A DNA stretch of 63,148 nt, filler included, from Octopus bimaculoides (GCF_001194135.2; 4 parts of 4 records of this genome joined end to end with filler, not necessarily neighbours in it); one strand, 5' to 3'. Shown: positions 41,642 to 56,302, counted from the first letter of the whole stretch. Notes: a model not told the origin generated them from the letters alone. Made by a program: numbers and translations.

Positions 41642-42883
41642 CTGTAAAATAGGAAAATAAATGTTATCAGTAAACCTTATAGCACATACGTTTGGAAAGT
41701 GGAAAACAAGAAAATGTCGCTTGGTCAAATATCCACACATCACATCTGTATAACTTCGTATTTCATATATTGTGAATATTCAAAGAAATTAAACATTTTC
41801 CCCAAAATCTGTATTTACAGATGCGCATACATACATAAACACATACATACATACATACATATATACACACACACATATATATATATACTTACATACATAC
41901 ATACATACATACGCACATACATACGTACGTTTGAATGCATGAAATGCATCCCTACATGCATATATATATATATATATATATATANNNNNNNNNNNNNNNN
42001 NNNNNNNNNNNNNNNNNNNNNNNNNNNNNNNNNNNNNNNNNNNNNNNNNNNNNNNNNNNNNNNNNNNNNNNNNNNNNNNNNNNNNNNNNNNNNNNNNNNN
42101 NNNNNNNNNNNNNNNNNNNNNNNNNNNNNNNNNNNNNNNNNNNNNNNNNNNNNNNNNNNNNNNNNNNNNNNNNNNNNNNNNNNNNNNNNNNNNNNNNNNN
42201 NNNNNNNNNNNNNNNNNNNNNNNNNNNNNNNNNNNNNNNNNNNNNNNNNNNNNNNNNNNNNNNNNNNNNNNNNNNNNNNNNNNNNNNNNNNNNNNNNNNN
42301 NNNNNNNNNNNNNNNNNNNNNNNNNNNNNNNNNNNNNNNNNNNNNNNNNNNNNNNNNNNNNNNNNNNNNNNNNNNNNNNNNNNNNNNNNNNNNNNNNNNN
42401 NNNNNNNNNNNNNNNNNNNNNNNNNNNNNNNNNNNNNNNNNNNNNNNNNNNNNNNNNNNNNNNNNNNNNNNNNNNNNNNNNNNNNNNNNNNNNNNNNNNN
42501 NNNNNNNNNNNNNNNNNNNNNNNNNNNNNNNNNNNNNNNNNNNNNNNNNNNNNNNNNNNNNNNNNNNNNNNNNNNNNNNNNNNNNNNNNNNNNNNNNNNN
42601 NNNNNNNNNNNNNNNNNNNNNNNCTTATAATTAATAATACTTGGAGGGAAAGTTCTTTTATGCATATTTAGTTTAGCTTAGGAGGTGTAGTGTATTATAT
42701 ATTTAATTATACTTAGAGAATGAGTATTTAGTAGCGTGAAGACAGATTAGACTAGATTGATATCTCCTGTTTAATAGGTCATTCTTAGCTGTTAGGATCT
42801 CAAGGCACTCGGTTAAACAGAGCTGACAGCGCCTGTTAGTTGGGTTATAGGAATTAGCTACTTTTAGAATGTGCCAATATATA

Positions 42884-42919
<36 letters not shown>

Positions 42920-43814
42920 TGTATGTATGTATGTATGTATGTATGTATGTGTATGTATGTATGTATGTATATATTTTTGTATATATGTCGCTTCTGTATA
43001 TAACAATTTAAATTCCTCTTCCAAGAAGGAGTTGGTTTCTAACAAAGATACAAAGCTCTATCTTTGGAATGTATATAACGAAAACATTTTACATTTTAAA
43101 CTTACGAAAAGTCTTGCTTAATTTTAGTGTTTCTCTCACAGTAAAAGCTTATCCTGACTGACAGTGAAGCGTTTACTTAGAAAACCAAGTCTTCTGATTA
43201 TTTTTGGTATAAATGTAAATTTGTTATCCGCATAGAGAAGCCAGAGGTTTCGAAGTAATTGTCCATAATTATCTTCTTTTTCTTCCAGAATTTTACATCA
43301 GCAGCATATCTGACCCCTATGACGGTACATACTTTTCTTCTCTGTCCCAAGCAAAAATATCCGGTCTGTTATGCTTATGTTTAACAGATGTTTTGATGGA
43401 AATGTTTCATCAGTATTCCTTGATCTGATATTTGTGTACGTATTCAATAAAATGGGAATTCTCTATATTTATTTCAGAATAATCTTTTTTTTCGTATGGC
43501 AGTGTATATTGTTTTTGCGACATACATACAAAATGGTGCCGTCAACATCAGACGTGCTGGTGAAGTTGGCCGTTTAAAAAATATTTTTGAACGTTCCCTT
43601 CTAAATTTATGCCGACTTCTCCAGCCTAAAACAGTAACTAGTTTAGTTTTCCTATTATAAATAAGAGAAACACTTTTTCAGTACAAACGTAGCATTAAAG
43701 CGGATTTCAAAAATATATCTTATAACACGTGGAATTTCGCTAACGCGATTATGCCTGAAAGTAACACCAACACAACCGACGGAAGCCGCTCTACAATACG
43801 AAGATGTAAGCATG

Positions 43815-43865
<51 letters not shown>

Positions 43866-43989
43866 AAGCGAGCGTGTGCATGTAAGCGTATTCGGCTTAA
43901 ATTTAACTGTTTGCATAAAAAAAAAGAAAATCTCTTAACCACAAATGAAAGTATTTAAAACAATAAAAGAAAGCAGCAGGTGGATTATG

Positions 43990-44330
43990 GCTGGGAGACA
44001 ACGGTCCACTAATGTAATCGTCCTCAGCTTCCACCACAACCTCAAAGCGGTTCCGGAACCGGGTACATGCATTCCTCATTATGTATCTGGAAACATCTTC
44101 AAACATCTCGATTTTCGAGCTCCTTGGACTTCACCACAAGAACAACGTGTCCTTCTAAACTGCGCTGGGATGACAATCCACTTAAGTCTTGAAAGCCAGA
44201 GTAAATGTTTGGGGCCTACTCTTTTGGGTCCATTCTCATGGAGTCCACTCTCTTAGGGTTCAGTCTCTTGGGTTTCACTCTGAGCGTTTTGCAGAAGAGA
44301 CTCGTGTGAAAATGGAAACCACGGTTCACC
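43990..44330 (-). mobile_element. Tc1/mariner (maT-like) transposase C-terminal remnant
   Basis: IMRNACTRFRNRFEVVVEAEDDYI resembles the ACxxFRxRLEAVVEAEGGYIE terminus. Confidence 0.55.
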
Positions 44331-45810
44331 TTTTCCCTTTGCAATATATTTCGCCACCATGTTCTATCGTGACATTCACAGCAAAAATAAATTTATCATA
44401 AAAAGTGTTTTTAATCAAGGAAGGAGCAAACTATTCACCTCACTTTTTAGGGATCTACTGTATGCTGACAAATTATGACCTTGTCAGTCATACAGAGCAT
44501 GGAGTGCAGACGTTGATTTCTGCATCTAATTCGTCATGTGATGTCTTTGGTTTAAAGAAAATTTTAGTTGTGTGTCATTCTGCGCCTGATTAACTTGTGC
44601 AGCAACTTAAAACGTATGTGAAAGATAATTTTCTTATGATTGTCGAGTCTTTCATATAATTTGGGTGCGTTGTAAATAAAACGGAACATTTGTATCAGAA
44701 ATATATCCAAGGATTCAAAAGGCAGCAAATTCTTGGAAATTTTGAATAAACAGTTAAATACAGGTAAATACAGGTAAATACAGTTACATAAAGGTAAATA
44801 TCAGGAGAAAATAAAAGACGGACATAAAAGGGAATACGGACTTGGTGGATGTTTTTTAGTTGTGATTTCGTGGTATAATATACCTGTCTGAATCGGATTA
44901 ATCTCACATACGAGCACACAATAATGCACTTTCTATTAATATTGGAACATACCCATAGTTTTAATCTTATCAATATCCCATATGTCACGGGATACGCAAA
45001 TCTCAATGATATTTGAAGGATCATTTCAAGGTTCATTAAGAGAATACCACAGGTAGTTCAAGCAACATCAAAACTAATGCACGGTTAATGTGGAGGTCTG
45101 TTTAAAAGTATGTCTGGTCTAAAAAGCCACATAAGGTCCCATGGCAGAATTGAACATCGTGTACACAGAGGTAGTCGATGCGGAACGTAAAAGCGAAATA
45201 AGGATTAAAAATGTTGACAAAAACTTAATGACGTTCTTGAAGGGAATCGGATAAGCTCCCTTATTCAAAATCCCCTTCTAATAACAATTGCTTCAGACAG
45301 AGCCATGACATAGAATATTCAGAAGCTGTTGGAAGCATTAGAAACTGACAAGAATGTGGATAGAATGTAAATTTGTTGTTGGCATCCTTTTTGTCTCGGG
45401 AGACAATGGAGTTGCGCATGAAATAATCTAGTCCGGTTTTTACATTTTATTCACTTTAATTTACTTTAAGGTATGGATGACTGAAGTATACTTTTAACTT
45501 CCCCGCTCTTCTAAATACCTAGTAAATAACGAACTCGCTTTGTTATCATGAGTGCACCAAACCACGCATGTGCTTAGGCTCACATTTTTGGTGATGCTTC
45601 TATGAGCGTGTGTACTCGTGCCATGCAGCTTGCCCGAGGGCTTTTATACATCCATATCTTTTAACGGTTATGTCCAATACTTTTCTCGCTGGATTATGTG
45701 TTCGTTTCTCTTTTATCTTCTGCAATATTATTTTTGATCTATACATATGAAGATCTTTCCTTCGTTTGGCTGTTTTTACATTGTGGAACAGTCATTTTAA
45801 CGAGTTGCTT

Positions 45811-45860
<50 letters not shown>

Positions 45861-45861
<1 letters not shown>

Positions 45862-45964
45862 TCACCCGATGAGATACATCTGCACCACCGGATGCTCCTG
45901 AACCAGTTGTGGAGTGTCCCACAAGAGGAATCGATGCTAGATGTGTCGAAACAATTGTCGTGAT
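45861..45964 (+). ncRNA. Type I hammerhead ribozyme with long stem II (CCGAUGA core)
   Basis: AUCAC-CCGAUGA-GAUACAUCUGCA...UGCUAGAUGUGUC-GAAAC-AAUU-GUC-GUGAU; 5-bp stem I, 12-bp stem II with one bulge, canonical G-C closing pair. Confidence 0.7.
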
Positions 45965-46046
45965 TAATAATATATTCTCGTATATTTCATCTTCTGTCAT
46001 TCATTTGTTATANNNNNNNNNNNNNNNNNNNNNNNNNNNNNNNNNN

Positions 46047-46121
<75 letters not shown>

Positions 46122-46756
46122 ATATATGTATGCGTGTATGTATAATATGAACATACGTAGGCTTTATAATTTGACTTTGGTCTCTTCAAATGTCATGCAA
46201 CTACAGCTTGAGTTTTCTGATATCGCCAAAGTCAGGTATTTTATGAAATACTATCGATGGCTGAATTTTCTGGAAGCATTCACATCGTCCATGAATACCA
46301 CATCTACCTCTGCATAGAGAAGTTGATGCAATGATTTCTATTAGTAATGTTTTAACAACTTGTAATTGATACTTTTCAGTAGGAATTTATTACCGACAAA
46401 ATTATACATGCAAACCTACCTTCACACACATGCATATGAATGTATGTATATATATATATACACATGCATGTGTATGCTTCCATATGTGTGTTATAGATTT
46501 GTGTAAGCGGCGATACATCTACGCAGTAGAGAAATCTGGGGAGAAGAGTTACCAACGACTTGTAAACGATGCTAAACTTCAAGTGATTATTTTGTCAGAC
46601 TTTTAAAAATCTTTTTCTAAAAGTGAATATCTACTTCATAAAAGAATTTCTACAAACAAAGGCAGATGAATAGAAATAACTTAATGATATTCCTACTTTT
46701 CTATAATCAATAAAATACATTTTTCAGGAAAGAATGGCCAACTGGAACAAATTTAC

Positions 46757-47470
46757 TACGAAGGTAGACTGAAAAGTTCATAGGCTGACTGTGAAAGAGA
46801 GCTGTGGAATCTTGCATGCATTAATTTTAACCCTTCTTCTTAATAACTGCATTGTTTCGTTCCAGGTATACTGATATCTGACTTTCAAACGTAACTAGTT
46901 GCAACAACAGACATGACAATACTAGTTTCCAGTGAAGTGGTTTTTACCTGGGTAACAGATGATAGTCAGATAGGGTCAAAACAAGGAGATTTGGGAGGTG
47001 ATCAAAGCCACAGTTACGCACGACAGCCATGGAAACAAAGGACTTGTGTGCTGGAGCATTGTTCTGATGAAACGATACCCCTTTCCTCAGATTTTCTGGG
47101 CGTTTAGTCTTAGTAGCGCTTCGTAACTTCTGCAGCAATTTCGCATACTATACTCCATTGACAGCGCGGCCCTTTCGAAGATAGTCAATAAACGCAGTAC
47201 CTTTTGATTCCAACAAAACCAAGGCATCTACCTTCTCTGCAAAGGAAACAATCTTAGCCTCGTTTGAAGCAGCTGAGTTAGGGTGTTTCCACTGCATATA
47301 TTGTCTCTTTGTTTCTGGCGCAAAGTGATGAAGCTAACACTGAACGTAGGTTAGGAAACGTTTACGGAAACCAGTTGGAACTGTCTAAATGTCGGGTTTT
47401 CTCGTGATATGACCAACCTGATGCTATTTAAATGAGCACGCCAAGTTCATTCTGTAGGATATTCTCAAAT
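46757..47470 (-). mobile_element. Mariner (DD34D) transposon 3' half
   Basis: HHFAPETKRQYMQWKHP...IDYLRKG...FHQNNAPAH...LSDYHL; TIR-like tacgaaggtagactgaaaagttc at 46757. Confidence 0.85.
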
Positions 47471-48437
47471 CACGCCCTGGATACGTTAAAAGGATTGGCT
47501 GTTTGATTTATATTCAGTTTCCTGTTACCCCTCATCGTGTGGCGCACACGATCCATGTTTCCTTCAGCGTGGTATATTTGGTTATATTCGAGACTCACCC
47601 TTCTCCTCTTAAATTCAGCTGCCCACTTTTGAAGCAACCATGCTACCATGAATGTCAGTGGGGGCTAAACCCTTCTTCTGCAGGTAATTCACGATGCAAA
47701 ATTTTGTCTATCTCCAAGAGAAATCGGTATTAATTACATTTGAAGTCTGCTTACCTTAAAAGTAATACGCAGGTATTAATAAGAAGATTTGAAATGAATG
47801 CATACAAGTTTCTACATCTCTAGTATCAACCCTCCACTGTCAGCCTGAGCCTTTTAGCTCAGCCTCGTATTTTGCTAGTTTTTAGAACAACAAGCGCAAA
47901 AACATTTAAAGTACAGTTTAATTAACTAAATGTCTCATGTAATCGTATTTTACGTTCCATTGACTCTGACAAGCTACTGATTGTTAATTTATTACACGGG
48001 TAGATACGGTGGTGCAAGGGTAAACTCGATCAATTCTATCGCAGTTCTTGATCTAAAATTAGCTTTATCTATCAGAAATTTAAGAAAACTAAGTTGATTG
48101 CAGCGAGAAGTGATCGCAAATGAGTGGACTGACTGTTGGTAGTCGTATTGTGAGACCATTACTGACTCAAACGAAATAATTATTTTATAACTTACGAACA
48201 GGATTTCATACTTTAAGGAAAGGTATAAGACTAGTATATCATCGACCCACTGATGAGTGAAAGTTAACATCGGCCCTGGCCCTTATCAAACGAGGAACAT
48301 AAAAGGTCTTAACTAAATACAACAACGGTATGAATATTCCTTCAATCCATCAAATCTTGGCTGCAAGACAATATAAATACATAAACGCGAAAGAAATGTG
48401 ATAAGAGGAAGGCAAATGTTTGTGTAGTTTTTCTTAC

Positions 48438-48486
48438 CTGTTACAAAGAGCAGGAAAGCGAAGATAATTAATGTTTTTTGCATCAT
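48438..48486 (-). CDS. Gene B exon 1: signal peptide
   Basis: MMQKTLIIFAFLLFVT+g then donor |gtaaga; 49 nt, phase 1, joins exon 2 in frame. Confidence 0.85.
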
Positions 48487-48517
48487 GATAGTGCTTTGGT
48501 CAACTGCCAGAACAAAA

Positions 48518-48552
48518 TCTGATACTGAAAGACTTTACCATCGATATTTATG
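48518..48552 (-). promoter_or_regulatory. Candidate core promoter of gene B
   Basis: cATAAATA followed ~27-33 nt later by TCAGT/ATCAGA Inr-like motifs; alignable with gene A. Confidence 0.55.
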
Positions 48553-48917
48553 CGTTTGGGGAACAATTGAAGGGGACTTCAAAACGCTTGTGATGAGAAT
48601 TTCTCACAAAACTAATTAAGAAAAGAAAATATGCAAATTAAGACTGGCAGATATCATCATGATTACAAATATGTAAAAGTTATTTTTAGTCATCTACTTT
48701 TGTTTGTAGCAAACTCAATTGTTTTCATTAAGGCAAACTGGATTGGTGGTGTTTGAAATTATCACGTTTTCTAACACCCGATAGCAATATTATTATAACT
48801 TGATTAAGTTTCATATACAGAGAATGAGTCACTAGAAGCAATCCTACTTAAGATATCAAATAGTTCAAGTTTGTGAATTTTAAAATCAAAATACAAATTT
48901 AAACATGTTTAAACGTT

Positions 48918-49590
48918 TACTATCCAGTGGATCAAATATTTCAAAATATGATGCTTCATGCACTTATTAGCGTCGTTAGAAAACAATCAAATAATGCTGC
49001 AACAGGATGTATTAGGCCACTTCTAGCATCTACTAAATGTCTGCGTTCTAAAAACAAATATTGAAAATAATAAAATGTAAGACTGCCTTGACCAGAGATT
49101 TTCAACCGGGGTCCAAATAAGCTTTTTAGGGGTTCACGGATGCAATATAGGAAATTGGGTGTCCAGTGTAAGTTTTCAGGTCAAAAGAAATTGTGCTTCA
49201 GACCAGTAATTTCCAATGTGGACTCCAGCTTCTCAATATTGCACTCCCAGTCTTAGAAACTCTCTAAAAAAAAAAAAAACAACAAAAAATGCCCTGAAAA
49301 ATGTTGCAAGAAATCTTGTCTTTCCTAATGTATTTATTTCGTTGCCTTTCGAAAGAAGGACTAAGAAAAGAGAATTCAAAAACTCAAAACATTTATCTGT
49401 GAAGCTGGTCATAAAATTCTCCAGGGAATTTCCGTGGAATGTGAAAGATATAATTCTGAGCAAAAACAGCGTTAACAACAATGATGTCGAGAACAGCAGC
49501 ATCAACAAAATTTTTTAAATATTTACTCCCGTGCACTCACAGACTTAGCGCTTACTATCTACTAGAACAAATATTTCAGTATGATATATT
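48918..49590. repeat. ~635-bp upstream unit plus start of a second copy, shared with gene A upstream region
   Basis: Marker tactatct/ccagt..a.caaatatttc at 48918 and 49553; homologous to 60601 and 61216. Confidence 0.7.
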
Positions 49591-50150
49591 CTAAGTTATT
49601 CTCGCTAAAAATATTCATTTCTGTTTTAGCTGGGTTAATTAGTCTACATTTAGGTATCCTACGAAAATTAGCTTTGTGGTCCTTAAGGGTAATAAAGGAT
49701 TGACGTGGGTGAATGTATTCTATCCTATCGTTAAATCTAAGATTGGTAGTGATCCTTCTTGCTTCCATATTTACATCTTTTTATTCACCTGTTTAAGTAA
49801 ATTACTGTATAGTCAAAGCTTAACAAACAGTAACAGAGCCTATAAGACTAGAACTAAGAAAGTTTTGTGATTTAATCCGACATTTAATATTGCCGTAAAA
49901 ACTAATATAGGTAGGGAATTCTCGAAGCTAATTTTTAAGAACATTCAAGCAGACCATAAGTACCATTGAAGTTTTGATAATAACATGCTGAAGGTTAGCT
50001 ATTTTTGTTGTTAGAACTTTCCGTCTTTAATTAACCAGCACAACGCAAAACTATTAGGAATAACTACAGTGTTGGAAAAAATCAGAAGAATTATAATTGT
50101 AAAGACCAAAATTGCTGTCCGTTGGGAGAAAACTAACTAGAGAAAGGAAT
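49562..50150 (-). mobile_element. Penelope-like RT N-terminal fragment
   Basis: QSFITLKDHKANFRRIPKCRLINPAKTEM. Confidence 0.8.
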
Positions 50151-50989
50151 AGTATGCAGAGGTAAGGTACAAATAGATGGCTCACAAACAGGACATATTC
50201 AAGGGGCACGGAAAATTCCTTCAAGGCAGGCCTATATTCTCATCGATATTCATGTCAATATCCTGAAAATAGGACAGCAATGAGTCTCGCTAAACATGTC
50301 TGACATTTGAAATAAAGTGATACTTTTCCTTTCAAATAATTCTGGACAATCTTGGAGAGAGCAGTACCATATGAATATCGAGCGTATAAAGGCTATCTGA
50401 GGTGCAATTTATGCCTGACTGAGAAAATATTACGTACTTTGTCGGGGTAAATACGCCCTGACTCAAAGGTTGGACCATTTAAATTTCTGTAGAGGCGCCA
50501 CGATTATAAAATATCGAGCGAAAAAATACCGTACGGGTAAGATTGATTTTATAACCAGTACCAATTTGTATAACATTCATTTTACATTTTTGGCTTTAAA
50601 GAAATCCTTTGACTGGATATAAACGATATGCTTCGTTTTAATTTTTATTTTCATTATTTTATTGCAACTTTTACTCTTAAATACACCTTTTATAAACTAT
50701 ATGGATATTTTTACATCACAATTTAGTCCATAAATCCTTACAACGTTGGTGTTTAATGCACACCTAAAAAGAGCATCTACCGCCGCCCAAAATGTACTTT
50801 AAAAACTATCGAATATCCGAATGGATATTATTATTACTTTTAGTTATCGTATTTTTCCTCATTACTAATTAATTATTTTAATATCATTGTATTTATTCAC
50901 CATTGATATTATTATTATTAACAAAGCAGCAACAATGGCATAACCTTAAGTAGCTAGAGAAAATGTCTAGCAATATTTTGTCAGCAGTT

Positions 50990-51780
50990 AAGTCTTGATT
51001 TAAATCCACTACAAACCAACTGATTCCTAACAATACTTTCTTCTATTCACCTCCAACCACACAAAGCACACGAAAAGAAACATTCCTTTTAATCTAGCGA
51101 AAAGAATTTGCAGAATTGTTTCAAATTAGGAAACGTGGGACAAAAGACCCCCAAGAATTAAAGGAAATTCTACTCAAAAGTCAGTACCCATCACCATTAA
51201 CTGATAATAGAATAGAACGGGCCAAGGCAATAAACATCCAAGATTCACGAAAACCGAAACACACCGAAGGTACGCTTTCATATCTCTCAACACACAATCC
51301 AAGAAATACAGAAGCTTACACCATTATACACAAGAACATCCCACTACTGTGCCAAGACCCGCGATTAAAAAAGTACTCGAAACCCATAAAATAATAAAAA
51401 GCAAGAGACAACTCAAATCCTTAAAAAATTACTCAGCAATGCAAAATTACCCACCACAAATCAAATATCAACCGTCAAAAAATGTAATCGCTCTAATTGC
51501 GGGACTTGCATTCGCCACATTGAGGGTACAATGTTAGGACACACTTTTGTTGTAAAAAATTTCACCTGCGCATCAAAAAATTAATTTATGTAATTAGATG
51601 TAAAGAGTGCCACAAAGATTACTCAGAGAAAACTAGACATAACATCAGAGACAGGATAACAGTCCACCTCCAACATTTACGGGGCCCCACCACATGAAAG
51701 ATGCCACGCAGTGGCCACTTAGCTCTCTGTGCAAAAGCAACTCTCCTAAATTCCAAGTTTTCTACTTTTATTGGAATTTT
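50990..51780 (+). mobile_element. Penelope-like RT thumb plus GIY-YIG fragment
   Basis: HYKPTDS..SNHTKHTKRNIPFNLAKRICRI...IYVIRCKECHKDY; frameshifted. Confidence 0.8.
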
Positions 51781-51989
51781 TAATTGTAATGATTTTGAAT
51801 TTTCTTTCGATTTTTTATTCGTTTTTTAACCAGTGTTATAGAAAATATGTATATTTATTTAATGAAAATATAATATACAAAATCAAGACCATACAATGAC
51901 TATTGTAAATACATCTGTAATTGTAAATATTTCTTTATGGTTGGAAGATGATAAATGATTTGGAAAGCAAGTGTAATATATTTGTGTTT

Positions 51990-53180
51990 GTATACTCATA
52001 TTTTTATTCTTCTCTTTTGCAGGATGGTACAGAGGGGAAAAGAGAGTCATGAAATTCGGAATCCCAGGAATTTGGAGAGNNNNNNNNNNNNNNNNNNNNN
52101 NNNNNNNNNNNNNNNNNNNNNNNNNNNNNNNNNNNNNNNNNNNNNNNNNNNNNNNNNNNNNNNNNNNNNNNNNNNNNNNNNNNNNNNNNNNNNNNNNNNN
52201 NNNNNNNNNNNNNNNNNNNNNNNNNNNNNNNNNNNNNNNNNNNNNNNNNNNNNNNNNNNNNNNNNNNNNNNNNNNNNNNNNNNNNNNNNNNNNNNNNNNN
52301 NNNNNNNNNNNNNNNNNNNNNNNNNNNNNNNNNNNNNNNNNNNNNNNNNNNNNNNNNNNNNNNNNNNNNNNNNNNNNNNNNNNNNNNNNNNNNNNNNNNN
52401 NNNNNNNNNNNNNNNNNNNNNNNNNNNNNNNNNNNNNNNNNNNNNNNNNNNNNNNNNNNNNNNNNNNNNNNNNNNNNNNNNNNNNNNNNNNNNNNNNNNN
52501 NNNNNNNNNNNNNNNNNNNNNNNNNNNNNNNNNNNNNNNNNNNNNNNNNNNNNNNNNNNNNNNNNNNNNNNNNNNNNNNNNNNNNNNNNNNNNNNNNNNN
52601 NNNNNNNNNNNNNNNNNNNNNNNNNNNNNNNNNNNNNNNNNNNNNNNNNNNNNNNNNNNNNNNNNNNNNNNNNNNNNNNNNNNNNNNNNNNNNNNNNNNN
52701 NNNNNNNNNNNCCTCAAAGCCGTGCTACTTGACGCTCATCATGATAAATTTAAGAACATGGGAGAGTATTCGGAGGATCAAAGAAAGCGATTCCACCAAG
52801 ATATAATGGACATTGAACGCCGTTACCAAGGATCGCGTAACGAAAGCATGAAGGGAGACTACATTTGGTCACTTATTCGTAAAAGTAATTTACAGTATAA
52901 GCGTAAATCGCGAAAAAGTACTCGCTTCTAAATATTTTGCGGTGTTTTTTCTACAATCCATGAATAAATACATGCCACTTTTGCATTATATGTCACTTTG
53001 TTCCTACCTTGTATGAATGAGAATGTTCACATTTGCCGGTTTTCTCAATGGTATTAGTTAAACTTAAGACACATCTTTATCCTGGCCACAAAAACAAAGT
53101 TTGAAGTAAATACTTTCTACATCTAACCAAATAGGAAATAGTTTTTGTTTCCTATAGACAAAAATTGTGTTATATAGCGA
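51990..53180 (+). mobile_element. Chapaev-like DNA transposon, middle hidden in gap
   Basis: Before gap WYRGEKRVMKFGIPGIWR; after gap LLDAHHDKF...EYSEDQRKRFHQDIMDIERRYQG...DYIWSLIR, matching the MxFAxPxIWREP and SDEHGERFHQDI motifs I associate with Chapaev3; family name from memory. Confidence 0.65.
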
Positions 53181-53789
53181 GTCAACGTGGTCCTGTCATT
53201 TATTATATTATCTATTTCAGTTCTTTATGCTGTTATTGATTCTATTTTATAGATTTATCTGATTAAAAAATGAAGTATTTTCCAATGATCTATATTTTTA
53301 ATGATGTTTTGAGTTGCCGATTTTGACGTATGGGGTATCAAAAACTTAGCAAGCTTTTGGCTACTAACTAAACTATATTTCCATTTTCATATTTGCATTA
53401 CAAAAATTTAACTTTATCCTTTTTCTTTTAGTCACCTATCATAAACGACATTTTAAATCACCACAACAACGACGATAACGTCACATATTCTATAGGAGTG
53501 TGTTCGTGCGTTCGTTACCTACGTTAGGCTGATGAGTGACAAGTATATTTGTGTGACGGTGTATGTGTCTGTCAGCATACATACATTTTTGGTGATAACT
53601 GGCACACACACGGAAAGAGGTAGGCTTCAAGTGTGCCTTAATGTATGTGTGTATGTCTTAGTTTATGTATGTAACTTGCTCCCGCCCGACAGTGAAACCC
53701 GCCGATATTGAAAGTTTATATGCGGTCTGGACTTTAAACGAACAACAAAGTTCACTTTCAAGTACTACTAATATGAGGATTTTACTAAT

Positions 53790-54350
53790 TTAACACCACT
53801 TACAATTCTTGCAAATATATCCGAAAAAAAATGTTATTGTGGTTATTATAACGAATTCGGGAACTTGGTGAAATGGAAAGCCTCAGCAGCTCTTGCAATA
53901 TATTTACAGAAATATTATTCCACTCCTTCTAAGCAATTTCAAGATAATTTTTAACAGTCTTCCTAAGCTTCTACATCACTTTGAGTATCATCGTTGCACA
54001 AACGTTTTACTGTGTTAGTATTTATTCTACAGCCTATAGCGTTACACCGTAAAAAATATGTAGTAATGTCCAATTAATTTATATCTTGCTACATACATCC
54101 TTCAGTAAATATTTCAAATTAACGTTCACAGCAACACCATCTTCCTTTCTATACACTTGGTTGAGCGTTCGTTTCAAAATTGTAAAATAAATTATTTTTG
54201 TATGAAAAATTGAATTATGCATTCTGAATTTTCTTGGACTTTCACTTTTTTCACCATGATATTCAATCGTAAATTTTATAACATTTAGTACATGTTCCAA
54301 ATAAATGTTGACTTTCTGTACTTTGTAACACTGGTGACGCATAGTTTCTT
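53790..54350 (-). mobile_element. Possible decayed Tc1 transposase C-terminus
   Basis: KEWNNISVNILQELL...SPSSR resembles the EEWxxIxxxxLQxLxxSMPxR terminus. Confidence 0.35.
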
Positions 54351-54489
54351 TTGCTAAATTGGTGACTTTCCATTATATTATAGCATAACTATGCTATAAA
54401 AAGTATGTTTTGCATCTATATTGACTACATTTCGTTTCGCTTGAACGTCGTATGTGTACATTTTGCTGTTTGTAGTATTATCAAGTGTA

Positions 54490-54538
<49 letters not shown>

Positions 54539-55768
54539 CTGAGTTCTTTACATCTATAGTAAACTATAGTAAAGAATATTTTATGCTGTTTTAATGAGCC
54601 CACATCTAATGAAGTAGCTATCCATATGGTCAGTGATCCCCATGAAAATCATGATATTCTCATTCGTGTTTAACAACCGTAAACATGTTTCACAGACTCA
54701 TCACTCTTATCATGCTCTCTAGTATATTGTGTGGAATGTACAGGATGGGTATCATTTCAATATTCCACGGTTTGAACCAGCAAACAGTATAGCCAATTAC
54801 ATACAAAAAGGTTCTGGGAAGCATATGTGAATTTGGTCTTAATTGAGAATTTAGCCTTAATTGGGAAGTTGGCCTTAATTGAGGACACAGTACGCTTCTG
54901 TTATATATCCGTCTGAAAATGGTGATTCCTGGGGCTAAATAGCAGTAGCATTCTTCTCTTTCCTGGGACTGCCACATTAAGTTGGTAACAAACCATCACT
55001 TTATCGTGATGCTACTGTATAAGTCTCTCAGAGATTTAGAAATGCAATATTTCTGATTTTATATAATTTTTATTGTTCCTTTTTATATTGAAAATTAGTG
55101 TTAATGCTGCTATTATTATTGTAAGGTTCCATGTTCCTATTGATATGGTCAATGGATAATTTATTATTTATATTTTTATGATTTTGGCCATAACATACTT
55201 TTGGTTTATAATGTTTGGGTTGTAATGCATGTATGTTTACCTTATTATCAATATTAGGATAAGCTTTAGTCTTAAGGTCTATCTTTGTCGTTTCCACTAC
55301 CTTATTTCTATGCTGGTTATTTTTGTTCAGTATATAGTTATTATATAATCTATTAAATGTTTTATCTTTATTTATTGTATTAATCATAGCTTTAGTGTAA
55401 AGTTTTTCGCACCAAGGTTATATTTTCTTTCTTGTAGATGTTTATGTTTGCCATGAATCGTATGTAAACCATGCTTAATGTATTTAATTTTCTGTTTGTA
55501 CCCTGATTTTGCCAATGCAATATTATACAATTCCTTGTTAGAAATATCTTCGTTGAGTGAGAGGCAGTTTATTATTTATTTTATGTTATTACAGACATTG
55601 AATGATTACTTTTTATATTAACATAAGTGATTTTGGAGTTAGGCTTATGGTATATATATATATATATCATAAATGTCTTATAACAGCCATACCAACAATC
55701 CAACACACCTCCATCATAAGCCGCTCCATGGATATCACTATGGTTTCGACACCTGGGCAGTACCATTC

Positions 55769-55856
<88 letters not shown>

Positions 55857-56302
55857 GCATGCATACATACATACATACATACATAGACACACACATGTAT
55901 ATGCGTATATATGCGTACATACAACCATGTTCTATACTTTACCAAGGTGACAAATTTGTGTTGAGTTTAGGAACGTGTAACACCAGTTTCAATGATATAG
56001 TGACGAGAAAGAATGTTTTGATTGCAATACATATAAATCATCTGAACTTGTATTCAATTAGACTTTGACTTTTATAATAAGAAAGAGAACACACACGATT
56101 TTATTTCAGCCTTGATATTCATTTATTAAAATTTTGGTGCGATGATGCTTTCTGAATTTAAACAAATTATCTATAACTTACGAAAGAAAGATAAAGTATT
56201 TTTATGAAGAAAAGTATTTTGCAAAGTTTTATGCTATACATTAAAAAGAGTTTCAATGTCGGCGTCAGCGGCATTATATAAAGTATATTAATTATAGCAT
56301 CA

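Noticed and set aside
41411-41743. 110-aa minus ORF overlapping gene B exon 2 in another frame
   Set aside because: Runs through the polypyrimidine tract, has no counterpart in gene A, and is not the frame fixed by exon 1.
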